In this document: piece by piece, positions 38,926 through 50,897 of the stretch
Position numbering within the stretch: the stretch's first letter is position 1
Layout: every line of letters starts with the position of its first letter
Origin: Gnetum montanum
Taxonomy: Eukaryota > Plantae > Gnetophyta
DNA length: 64,000 nucleotides
Direction of reading: 5' to 3'
NCBI GenBank assembly: GCA_015680685.1
Contig: MNCI01001817.1
Location: 112,988-176,987 of the forward strand
Position numbers and translations under genes: made by a program
Notes under the pieces: model-generated
Told to the model about the DNA's origin: nothing
What the model saw: only the letters and a program-made list of their open reading frames with translations
The model's database searches: none

Positions 38926-40720
38926 ATCATTTTCAAGAGTGAAAATGAGAAGTTACTAAGTGTAGCATGGTTAGAGCAAGAAGTGGAAGTTAGAGTGTAG
39001 AAACTAGAGTGTAGTAGCCGACAATGATGCACCAAAGTGAATGTCAGCACCCCAGCTTGGCCAATGTAGACAAGGGAGAGTGAGTGCTGAGATGTCTACT
39101 TTGGATACATGTCAAGGAACAGAGGAAGCTACCATCCACCAGGTACCCTACTACACTCCACCCTTGCATAGCTTCTTTTGTATTTTGCCATTTCTTGCAC
39201 TTGCGTTGGGGCTTCTTGGGGTGGTTGTCTCACATTGGCACCCTGCACTAGCAGGGACTGCTGGTGTCGTGGCTGTTTGGACCATGAAACTAGGGAGAAA
39301 GCATAGGTGTGGAAGAGGTTTTTGTCTTCTGCACATTTTTCTCTTCTTTTTCTTTATGCATGCATTGTGTGGGCATGGGTGATTGGGGCATGGCCAATGG
39401 GTTGGCCTCTTGGCCTATCACAGTGGTAGGGTTAGATGGTTGTGTGGTTAGATGGAGTGAGGGTTTCCTTTTTTTTTTTTTTCATTTTGTGTTCGTCCCC
39501 CCCTTCTTGAAAGGGGTTCTATGACCATGTGGGGTAGGAGGCATTTGATTTTGGGGTGGTGGTTGTCAAGAACCATTGTACGCATGGGCTAGGGGTAAGA
39601 CTTTAAAAAAAGATTTTATCTCCCTTTTTTCGTGAAAAAAGATGCATGATAGGGGATGACCCTAGGCGTAGGGCGTGGCCAAGGGATTCTTGTAATTTTT
39701 TGTTTCATTTGCTTTCTAANATGGGTTCGTGGTAGAGGGCTTGTTCCCTACCATATTTCTATGTTTTGTCCATTTTTATGTGGCATGCAATTGAGCGAGG
39801 CAAGGGTAAGGTAAGGGCAGGGCAAGGGTGAGGTATTTCAAGGAGCAAGGACATGTAGGAATACCATGGGGTAGAGGGTGCATGGAGTGTTATGGGGTAG
39901 AGGGTGTCTCGCAATGTAGTAGGGGTTGGAAGGCATAAATTGCTAGAGTGTAGCAAGGCACAAAGTGCCAGAGCATAGTGAGGTGAGAGGGGATGATAAC
40001 TAGGGCCATAGCCATGACAAGCATTTCAGTGGATCGTACCTGATGTAGATGGCCATGGAAGGAGTTAGTTTTTTTTTCTTGCAAAATTCTTGGCCATTTT
40101 GTGGCTACGCTCCCCACCGTTAGAATTTTTTGTTGATTTTTTCATGTTTTGGGGCTACAATCCTTGGGGAGCATAGTTGATAGTTAGAAATTTTTTTTGA
40201 CATTTACCTAGGTTATGCTCCCTGAGAGGGGTAACCTAGAATTAGAATTTTTTTGGTATCCTAGGCAATGCTACCCAAAGTTAGAAAAAATTCAAAGAAT
40301 TTGCTAAGTGTAGGAATAAAATGCAAAATGTGAAAAACGCTAAGTGTGAGAATGCAAAGTGTTAGAATGCCACATGTGAAACAAAATGCAAAGTGTACCA
40401 GAGCTTTGCAAAAATGTCAAACTTACAAACCAAACGTGCCAAACTACTAAAACATGTGAATCAGGATAATGCAAAACATACGAATGTAACACAAAAAGCT
40501 AATGCTACATTTGTGCTATACCCCAATGAACACTAGGCTTGTCAAACATGTGTATTGAAATCCTATGCCTGTGGGGCTTGTAGGGGACCTTAAAGATATA
40601 TTTTCTGCTAAGTTCTACTACCCTATGTTAACTTTGCTAATTTTGTTCAATGTAATTTAATGTATTTTTGTGCATCCAATGTATATTAACACTTTTTCTT
40701 TATTACTTTTGTAGTTGTAG

Positions 40721-43700
40721 GATATTGTTGAAGCCAATCCTCATCGTTGTGGAGCTTGCTAGCATCCTTTGTTGTATGAGTGAGCTCGTTCCAAACACAT
40801 CCACACTAGACATGCATGTGGATTATCAGGCGATATGGTTTTGTCCAAGAGCATGCGAGTTCCTGGAACTCTTGCTTCAACACTTCAGTGTGATGATGTG
40901 GTCACACTTAGTGGTAGAAGCTGCTAGTGTCATCACAAAGACATTGCTGCCTGGGGAAAACTAGAGCATTTTGAGTTTCATGTCTGATGAGGCTAGTACC
41001 AATGATGGCTGAGCAGGGGGTTCAGGCTAAGGCCCTAGCAATGTTAGGCCTTTGTCTAAGATCTAAGAGATGTGAGAATTTAGTTGTTATAGCAAGAGCA
41101 ACACCCTCTTTGTTGCTCAACATATGCAAACCTTGTTTCAGAGCCCACCTGGGATGGTGTACTATGCTGGAGGATGAGTGTCCTTATGATTTTTGTATTA
41201 TTCCTTTGGCTATTGGCTCATATTAAGATGCTAATTGCTCATGTTTGTTGCTAGGTTTAGCATTGATGAGCATGACCTACATGATGAGGAGAGGGCCCTA
41301 AACCTAACTCGCACTACCCTATAGGAATTTTCATCCTATGAGAGTATTTGTGCAAGGGTGATCAAGAAAATTGGATTTGACTTGATGGACTATCCTTGTC
41401 AGTATTCGAAAGCCTATGAGAGGTGTCAGATTCATGGCTAGTTGGATGTGGAGTGGGTGGATAGTGTACCTAGTGTTGAGGAGGCATTGGTTCCACCACC
41501 ACCATCATGCACACTTTTTTTCCTATGTAAGAAATTTATCATTTTTCTCTCATGTGTTTGCCACTTTTTCTTTTTGCTTGATGCTAACAGTGTTTTTGCT
41601 TGTATTTCAGCTATAGTCGCTTTGGGAGAGGTCACAATGGTTGCTACGGGCCACACTGAGGTCACCCTCATCATGAAGTATGGTGATGTTGAGGGTGCAC
41701 AGCATTGGTTGTGCCACTAGGCCCCAGCAGAGTTGACAAGCAAGGTTACACAGGCTGGGTTGATGAACCTTTTCTTGGATCTTAGTGCAAGGATTCCAGT
41801 GGTTGAAATGGTTGCTATTATTGATTCCTTCAACAATGACACTCATCACTTTGTCATGCAGATACGTGGTGTGAGGGTGGTTTTGGACCTCACTGATGAA
41901 TTTTTTGTCGACCTCTTTGGCCTCCCCTCTGATGGCCCATTAGTTATTGACAAAGCCAATAGAGGGGGTGGACCATTAAGGCAAGATTGAGAAGTGGCTA
42001 GAAACCTCTCAATCTCATAAAGGCATATTCATTAGAAACGTGGAGGTGCCTATGGTCCAAGAGCTCTACCCTCTCTCCCATGCTCATGCATTTTCAAAGT
42101 TTCTCTTTCAAGGAAAAATCCTTGGGGGTGAAGCAAGCTCGGATGATGAGGGACGTGTTGGAGGAGGGCACAAGGTACAATTGGGCCTCTCACATTTCTA
42201 GTGGCTTGCACGCTAGGATTGTCAAGTTGTACTATAACCTCTAGGCAAGGTCACATGTGCACTTTGCATTCTTTGCAAGGTGCCTACGAAGGTTTGTAGA
42301 GCTTCTGGTAGTTTGTGAGGATGGACAATGGATGGTGCAGGACTGCACGTAGCTCTCAAAGCCATGGGTCAAGCACTTGTTTACTACCACGCAAGCATAG
42401 GACCCCCTAGAGGTAATTGGTGAGTCATTTTCCATAATGACTAAAGGTCATTTGGGGTGATCTCACTACTTGCGTGATAGTGTAGGTGAGCTGCTACCAA
42501 CTAATATTAGGAACATGGGAATTACATCGTCAATATGGTGGAACTATCTAAGGTAAAGATTAAGAAGCCACATCTTACGAAGGAGATTGCATGGGAGGTC
42601 AAAAGAGTAGGTGGCAAGAGGATCTGCCAAAAGTTTTGGACTTGCGCATGGATGTTGTGGGTTAGTACAAGTTGAATGCATTTTTTGCATTTTATATGTT
42701 TATATTTTTGTATTTTTGTTTTTTTGTTTTTCTATGCTATGATATGCTAAGTTGTCATGCTAAGTGTTAAGATGCTGATTTTGATGTATGTGTGCAAATT
42801 ATTAAATTAAGATGAGAGGGTTCCTAGAGAAGTGGTAGAAGTAGTAGTAGACGAGATCTCTCCTCAAACTAAGGAGTGCAAGGCACAAGGGAAAGGGCTA
42901 TGCAAGGCTACAAAATTCCTCCAACAATTGGAGGAGGAGGTACTACTTCACCTTGACAGAGATGATTTTGATAGCCTATTTAATGATGTGCAACTAGGTG
43001 ACACCCCTGACTTCACACTTGAGGGGTTAATAGATATGTTCTTTGCATTTCCATTTGTCATCACTCTCTTTTTACCCTTGCATCTTTGGTTGTTTGATTA
43101 TTGCTAGATGTGTTGTTATATCGTAGCTACCGACATACTTATGAGCAGTCTGACGTCCACCTCTACCTACTGCATGGAGCCATGGGTAGAGGCACTTGAA
43201 AATTTTACCTTTGTTGAGGATATGGTGAACCACCTATAGCAAGTAGATCCCAAGCTTGATATGCTTGTGATATTATTTTTCTTGCTTTACTTTATCGATT
43301 TGATGGTTAGTCTATGACTAATGTTGTTTTGCTGGTTGTATGCCAACAAGTTCTAAGCTTTGTTGGGATTTGAGTAGGGTGGATGCCATCCCTGAGTTTT
43401 CCCCTAAAGTGGAGCAAGTGCCTTGTTGCATGTATGAGGCAGCAAGTAAGTGCATGCTTTTGTGTGTAAAGCATTATGGGTTTGCAGGTGCACAAACAAG
43501 CACTTGTGGAAGTGGGCACATGAACTCCAAGATAGGATGATGAGCCAAGAATCCAAGATGGAGGACTTGTAGTCCCATTATGATTTCTTTGTAGCTTGCA
43601 CATGAGGGAACAGTACCTAGCATACAGCTAAGATTAACTATGCCAAGTACTAGTCGACAATCTGGGGAAAAAACAAGGCCACCAAAGAGGTTATCGATGG

Positions 43701-44298
43701 ATTTGCTTGCCCAAAAAAATCAAGATTGGAAGGATTATAGTGCCAAAGTGTATAAGTGGGGGAAGACTTAGAAGAACCATAAGTACCACTACAAGGATGA
43801 GTGAAATGTGTACCTTAAACTGTATAAGGAAGAATCTGTTGCACATCATTGCTACAAGTTGTTCCTTGAGGCAATAGGTGGGACACGAGCCTATAAGTTG
43901 TTCTCTCATCACATAGTGGTGAGTGGATCTCTAGGAAGGTTTCCTCTTTCATGTTTTTGATTGAGCTGCCCACATGGACCACTATGGACAAAGGCAAGAG
44001 CCTTGCGGGTATTGACTTTGGCTAGGAGGACTAGACACAGCTATCAAAGGCTGAAATCCTCTAATGCTTGGACGAGGGCCTTGATAGATTGCCTCTAGAG
44101 ATGGATGTAGGACCCTCTCAGGTTAGTTACTTTTTACTATTTTGTGCTTTTCATGTTAATTTTGCATGTTGTGCATTTGTTGACTAGTTTACTATTTTGC
44201 ATTGCTTTGGGTAGGTGCCAGGCAATGCCGCAGGTCCTAGCGGAGTGGCAGAGGAAGAGGAAGAGGAGCCTCAACCCCCACCAAACACTACTAGCTAA
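40721..44298 (+). pseudogene. Multi-exon antisense accessory gene inside the Tat element, with a plant-mobile-domain (PMD)-like core and acidic C-terminus
   Basis: Exons approx. 40721-41172, 41255-41526, 41611-42660, 42812-43033, 43127-43258, 43350-44121, 44215-44298, separated by T-rich 80-150 nt gaps, several with CTAAY branch points and AG ends. Phase-consistent introns 41527-41610, 42661-42811, 43034-43126, 44122-44214. Peptides IIDSFNNDTHHFVM…LDLTDEFFVDLFGLPSDGPLV and EGTRYNWASHI. AATAAA at ~44388. Confidence 0.72.
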
Positions 44299-44504
44299 GT
44301 AGTCCTGATGTAGCCTTGCTATTGGGAAATTTTTCATTTTTGGCCATTTTTGTTGTATAGTCATTCCATGCATTTTATTGATGAATTAATAAACTATTTT
44401 TTGCTATGTGGTTTGCATACTATGTAGAGTTTTGTGTTTATTTGATAAGTGTTGCATGCTAACAATGTGGTGGATTGATGCGATTAGGCCCTTTGTGGAT
44501 CCCA

Positions 44505-44765
44505 TGTCAATTTAAGGCCATGGCAGGAGGGCTATTGCTAGTTTTGAGCCATTTTGGGCTACAATGATTGCTAGTTTAAGGCCATTTCGGGCCATGAATA
44601 AAGAGAAAAAGTTTTGCTAGTTTTAGGCCCTAGTGGATCATGCAATATTTTTAGGCCATTTTAGGCCACGAGGTGCTAGTTTAAGGCCTTGGTGAGCTGT
44701 AGTGATAGTTTTAGGCCATTTCATATTGTTGTGACAGAAGAAAAAGGGTTGCTAGTTTTAGGCCA
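44505..44765. repeat. Array of ~8 units related to the 35.2-35.7 kb repeat
   Basis: GCTAGTTT(T/A)A-GGCC-N6-GGCC-type units. Confidence 0.9.
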
Positions 44766-45030
44766 TAACAATACCTTTTTTTTGTAATTTTGATTTTTGT
44801 AATTTTTATGCATTTTAATGTTCTTAATGCATAAGAAAGTTAAGTGAGTGAAAGTGCATAGGAAAAGAGAAAAAATGTGTGATGAAGTAAATAATGTAAA
44901 ATGCAAGCAATCATGCCAAATGTAAATGCATAAGCAAAATGCAAGCAGGACATGCAAAGATTAGGGGCAAGTAGGCACCTAGCACCTATTGGACAAAGGA
45001 GATGTCTTAGTTATATAATTTCTTCCTAAC

Positions 45031-48000
45031 CTAATTTGGGTTAGGGGATGCATAGGGCCTAGGTAGCACAAGGAAATATTCTCCTAGACCTTCATCTGTG
45101 ATGCTAAAAGGTAATTCTGCCCATAGAGCTTTCTCAGGAAGGTTGTTAGCTTATTTTGGTTCCTTAGGTGGGTTTGTCAAATGAGGTTGACCCTCATCCT
45201 TCATGAGTAACATGTCATTGTGGAACTTTACCTTTGATCCTTATTGTGTGTTAACATTGTTGATGGTTGGAGGGGCTGCATTGTCACCATATATGATCAC
45301 TTCTATGCCTTTGTACAGAAGGTGGATCTCTTGGTGGATGGGTGAAGAGATGACCTATAATTGGGCTAACCAGGGCCTTCCTAGGATCAGGTTGAACCTG
45401 GGCATCCCCTTGATGACAGTGAATTTAGTTGTAGTGGGGAATTGCTCCCCTGCCACAAAAGCTATCATGACCATCCCCCTTACAATAATGCGTGACCCAT
45501 TAAAGGACTTCAGGCACATTGTCTTCATGGGTATGATTTGGTTGGCAAGGCCAAGCTTGTTAATGATTGGGAATGGGATGACATTAGTTGCCACCCCATC
45601 CTCAACATGCACACTATGAACCTTGCATTACCCTACGTGGATTGTTATGAACATTGGTGTGGTGATGACTTGATTCTTTTAAGGATCAACATTGATCACC
45701 TCATTGTGAAATGCTAGGAGCATTGAACCTAATTCTTGTGGTGTAGGGGAAAGCATCATAGCATGGATGGCTTGTTCACCTACTAGGATGTCCTCCTTAA
45801 TAGGAATATAGGTCAACATGTGAACTAGTGCTTCATGGTAACTAGAGGAGGTCATGACCAAGTTGTACAGGCTTAAGGTTGTGTTTTTTTATTTTAGAGC
45901 ATGTTTGACTTGTGCCAATGCATCTAGGAGATCTTTATCATTGTTAGCTACCTTGTTGGCCTTCATCTCCTCCATGTGGCCCAGGAGATGGATCTCTCAA
46001 GGAGGAGATTTGGGCTTCACTTGTTTTATTTACTTTTAAGCCATAGTGCTTGGTTGTTGATTACTTGTGATGGATATTTTGATCAATGTGGTCATAAGGA
46101 TGGAAGACAAGGGGATGGGCTTAGGCGGACCTAGCTCCATGTGTTCCCTAATCATTTTGTTAGTGAGGTGCTCATTAGGCCTCCTGGGATACCACATAGA
46201 CTACTTATTGTTGTATGCAAGATGATGCTTTAGACAAGCAGGGCTTGATGCAGTCCCCACCACCAGACTTTGAGTAGGTGAGGAGTTCACACATTGAGAC
46301 ATCCTAATGATGAAGGATGTCTGGGTTGCTGTTGCCGCAACATGCTATGGGGTCCTAACCACAAAGGGTGTCATGGGCACTTGAGGTGATGGTTTGATGA
46401 CAAAAGGGAACCTCAAATTTTTTGACACCGAGGAGGCCCCAGTGTTGTTAGAGGGCACACGAACCAAGAATGGCTCCCGTGCCAATTCTAAGTGATCCTC
46501 AATGCTGATGGCATTGATAATGTAGGCTACACCACTTGCATTGAGAGGGTCTTTATAGACCTTTATTGATTAGTTTTCTAGGTGAACTGGGTTGGTTGCA
46601 TCAAGGACTAGTTTACCTTGATCAATCGTGCATTGTATGTTATCTTGTAAGCCATGTAGAAATTCGTGTCATGGCCAAGCAGTTGATGGTAATGGAAAAG
46701 CTGGTCCAACTTGAAATGTTTAGGGATCAAAGGCTCATTTGGTGTAACAACTAATGGATCTCTAAGGAGCTCGTAGTAGTGATTATGATGCTTGTGAGCA
46801 TCTTCAAACATATGCTTATATTAGATGCACCCAATGTTAAGCAACTAACCCAAGAGCTTGGATGGCTTGATGGGCAATGATGTATATTTTGAATGATCCT
46901 TGGACTCAAAGTTTGGCCTTGGGGAAGCTTGCCCCATGACCATCAATGATGCAGATTGGTTGATCGCCACGATGCCAAAGCCAGATGCCTTGTTGTTGGC
47001 TAGGGTCTTAGGTGCCTTGGCTATTGGTTTGGTGTTATTTAGCTTGGCCTCATTGGACATCATTGTAGTAGTTGTGATTGCCTTACCCTTTTCTTTGTCT
47101 TTCTTTGCATGTGCATTTTTGTAGGCCACGTAGGTTGGGTCCTTATTGGCCTTTGTTGCATATTGAATGCTCTTCATTTTAGAAAATGCTTGGCTCAAGG
47201 AGTGTGAGGTAAGGTAGTATAGCTTTGACTCTATGAAGTCATTCACTGCACCTTTGAAAATGTCTAGTAGCTAGGTTTTTGCAATGGGCTCATGAATTTT
47301 ATTGAGGGTGGCTCTCTAGAATCAGATGAAGTTTTGCATGGGCTCTAAGTGGCTCTGCTTGATTTGCATTAGTTGATCCAAGGTTGACTCAAGATTTAAG
47401 TTGTACTTGGAGAAAGTGACAAATTGACTAAACAATTCTTCCAAAGAGAATATGGAGGCCTTGGGGAGTGTGCAATACTAGTTTAGTGCCTTACTGATTA
47501 AGGATATGATAAACAGATGGATGATTGCATGTGACCATGCCTGTGATAAAAGCATTCAGAATGGAAGGTCACTAGATGGACATTAGGATCCCCTTCACCA
47601 TTGTATTTAAAGAACTAGAAAAGTTGGACTCCAAGAGGTAGGGTTAGTGATGGGACTGTAGGAATGATTGGGTCATCCTGGTAAAAGTCCATCATGTGGA
47701 CCATTTCATAAGAGGTAGCTTTGAGTCACTTAACCTCATAGGTGAGCATCTAAATGAGCTAGAATGTTTGGTTCAAGCTCAGGGTGGATGCAATGGGTTA
47801 CACCGGTTGTGCTACTTGAGTAATCCACAACCTTGTTGTGGGTTGCACGACTATGTGAGATGCCTGTTGCATGTGCTATTACATGTATTGCTGTGTGTGC
47901 TATACCATGGGCATAGAGGCTAGGGTCCACCATGTAGTTGTGGCTTGTGCCATTGTACGGGGTGCTAATGAGGTAGGTAGAATGTATGATGCTTGAGTTA

Positions 48001-48715
48001 GTGGTTGCTAGGACATCTACATAGTATGTATGTAAGGTTGCGTGGAGATGATGGATGCTGGAAGGAAGGATTGCATAGATTATGTTGATGTCACAAAGGG
48101 GAGGATGGTAGATGCTCTTGCACCCTAGTATATGTGCACTTGATGACTTGCCACCACAGGGGTTGACCTAGGAGGTGACAAAGTGGATGTGACTACCTGA
48201 TAGAAGGTAGATGGATGAGACTATGGAGGGATAAAACTTAAGGTAGCCTATTGAAAGGAGGCATAAAAGGGGTTCTCATTCTTTGAATGAGCCTCAAACT
48301 CATCTTTCTCATCCTGTAAGGGCTCCACATAGTCAGTTTCCGCATCATGCTAATTTGACCCACTTAGTTGAATGAGTTGGTCAAGCAGCCACCGAAAGGT
48401 CTTGGTGAGCAGAATGAAATCATTAGGGGTAGAGAAGTAATCCCTACTATTCTAGTGTATAATTTTGTAATCCTGTTTGGTGTTTATTTTGTGGTGGTCT
48501 AGGGATAGACCCACCTAGATTTTCATGCAAAGGAAGTTATATTTTTCATCATCAAGTATCATGTACTTGGGAGGTTGGTTGCGTATTTTGAGCGATTGCC
48601 TCTCTACCAAGGCAGAGCCCTAGCCCCAGGAAGATTAATTATGATCTTCCACTGAATAGGTCAAATAAAAATCATGCTTAGGGTAGACGTTGAGGGTTGC
48701 TTATGATTCATGATG
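45031..48715 (-). pseudogene. gag: gag-protease pseudogene of the Tat element
   Basis: FKYNGEGDPNVHL…LPKASIFSLEELFSQF (gag); HVEDGVATNVIP…FNLILGRPWL (PR); collinear with 53622-57255. Start approximate. Confidence 0.88.
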
Positions 48716-49197
48716 TTATGTGAAAAAAGAAAAAGTTACAGATGCTAAAAAATGGCCAAGCAACACTAGAGAAATGCTGTGAAAAATGGCTAAGTAAGAA
48801 GATGCTGAAAAATACTAAAAGAATGGATAAGTTTGAACATGTTGCTATGCTTTCTATGTTGCTAAGTCTAAAAATAACTAACTTTGGTGTGCTATGCTCA
48901 CTATGCTGGGGCTAGCTATGCTCTAACACTAAGAGCCAGCTATGCTCTCTTGAGCACATAAAGTTTTGGGTGAGTGCCAAAGATACACTTTGGCTTTCAT
49001 TTAGCAGGGATCTAGGGAAATTGACAACTAGGTCCAACCTACATCGACCAACTCATAGAAAACTCTTGCACTGGCCTATGGTCCAGCTACTACTATTGTA
49101 GGTCCATAGGGGTGTCAGGTCTACACTAGCTTGAAGCTAGTAATAGAGGTACAAAGAGCACATGGGACTACCATTGAATGTAGAATGAAATGGTATG

Positions 49198-49215
49198 ACC
49201 CTCCTTCTAGCACCA
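49198..49215 (-). promoter_or_regulatory. Primer-binding site, tRNA-Asn type
   Basis: Minus strand TGGTGCTAGAAGGAGGGT, complementary to the plant tRNA-Asn 3' end (…CCCTCCTTCTAGCGCCA) apart from one CpG transition. Confidence 0.85.
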
Positions 49216-49221
49216 AAAAAT

Positions 49222-50830
49222 TGTAGTGAGTAAAAACATCGGTGGCTAGAATGGTCACATTGAGGGGTCCATAGTTGGAGTATAGCCCTAACCCTGCCCC
49301 CATCTAAAGGGCTCTTGCTGGAGGTGAAAATGGAGGCAAAGTGCCTAGGATGGTCTTGTTGATTGAATCGGGACTTACAGGGTGTTTTGATAAATAAGTG
49401 CTAGGGGTTCACACGATATCTTTGGTGGTACCAGGGCTGGCTAAGCCCGAGCATAGTAGAGTTTCCTAGGGTAAATGTGATGGTGCAAACGTGTGAATGC
49501 ATGTGAAATAGCAAAAAAAATGTTGGTGCAATGCCAAAATGCTAGGAAAATGCTTGAAAATGCAATGGAGTTTGAGAGAGAAAGAATGGCACTANNNNNN
49601 NNNNNAGATAGGCATAGTAGGTAGTGTAGTCATAGTCTCTAGGGTGTTCAAGCTATGGAAACTAATGTTCACCATGAAGTCTATGCTTGTTGGGCTGGCT
49701 ACCATGGTGTCCTGTGAGCCATGGTGTGCTGCGATGTCAAGTGGTATGCAAAGGTGTTGTCAAGGTGTGAATTGTTCAGGTGCGGGGTGCTCCAAATGGC
49801 TCAAATGCCAAATGATGCTCAAGTTTGCTAACTGAATGCAAGGATTGCCCATAATTCTTCTGATTTTCCAACCACTAAAATGTGAAATGTAGGGGTATTC
49901 ATAGGGTTAGGATTTATGTGAAATGCAGATCAGGCACCACATGGTAAAAGGGGTGGTTGAGGCTACGTTAATCCAACTACGCTCCCACTGGAGCAATTGG
50001 TGCTATGCTCTCATGTGCTTCAATGGACCTTGAGAGACTGCCAAACTATGACTATGCTACCAAATTGCATGTGCTAGAGTAAAAAAGATTACAATGTATC
50101 TACAAACAATGAAAAATAGTGCAATTTGAAGGCAACGCTTTGGGACTATGCTCTTCCCTCTTTTGAGTGGGATCAAGCATAGGTACAATTTTGGGATTAA
50201 TGTGGGGTGTAAAAGAAATGAAAATTGTTGATCTTACTTGCTGGAGGAGTGTTGGAGATGAGATGAAGGCCTGTGATACATTTTGGAGGCTATCTTGCAT
50301 TGCTACACTAGCTACACTCTAGAGTGTAGCCCAAAAATTAGGCAAATTCTTCATAAATTGAAGTCTAGTGCCGACTATTCTAACTACGCTTTAGAGCATA
50401 GCAGGAAAAGTGAGAGCATAACACTAACACATAGAAAAAATTGGCAAAACTTGTAGTCCTTGTCCAAGATACACTAACTACACTCTGGAGCATAGTAGGA
50501 GGGGTAACCTAAGGAGTTAGAAAATTTACCAAACTATCTCTTCCATTCTAAGCTAGCTTGATAGCTCCTAGCTTGACACTTAGGCAAACTAGCCATTGAA
50601 GTGCATGTTATGTTAACTATGCTCTAAAGCATAGCAGGGAGAATGGGAGCATAGCACAATAATTAGAAAATTTTTTACAACTATTGTTGACACTTAGAAA
50701 ATTTTGCAAATCTAGCTTTGTGCTAGATGCTACGCTGACTATTCTTTGGAGCATAGTCCTAGAAGTGAAAGCATGGGCCAAAAACTTAGAAAAAATTTAC
50801 CTCATGTTGATACTGATAAATTTTCCATTG
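49222..50830 (-). repeat. 5' LTR of the Tat element (outer end lost at the N at 50831)
   Basis: Starts TGTAGTGA on + like 32028; similarity to the other LTR ends at the N. Confidence 0.88.
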
Positions 50831-50897
50831 NCTCCTCCTTACAAGTTATTCTTGAGGAAGATGGCCATCCATACTAACTAGATAAGTGGCTCATCAG

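Larger units (their letters stand above)
32028..50830 (-). mobile_element. Large Tat/Ogre-like Ty3/gypsy element (~18.8 kb)
   Basis: LTR pair 32028-33689 and 49222-50830; PBS 49198-49215; gag-PR 48.7-45.0 kb; RT-aRH-INT 38.4-35.8 kb; PPT next to the 3' LTR. Ns at 32407, 39720, 49595-49605 and 50831. Confidence 0.85.

Noticed and set aside
39041-40117. Several 60-113 aa ORFs as additional cargo genes
   Set aside because: No recognisable motifs, low-complexity T tracts and an N at 39720; may be non-coding leader of the antisense gene.
40721-44298. An active host gene lying between two separate transposon halves
   Set aside because: It has many deamination stops and lies between matching LTRs, bracketed by element-specific repeats; capture from a host gene in the past is not excluded.
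45203-45619. 138-aa plus-strand ORF as a gene
   Set aside because: It is the antisense shadow of the protease region; the same applies to 46900-47124, 36383-36685 and 29573-29803.
49197-49215. tRNA-Asn gene
   Set aside because: Only the 3' ~18 nt including CCA match and it abuts an LTR, so it is a PBS; the same holds for 52470 and 25913.
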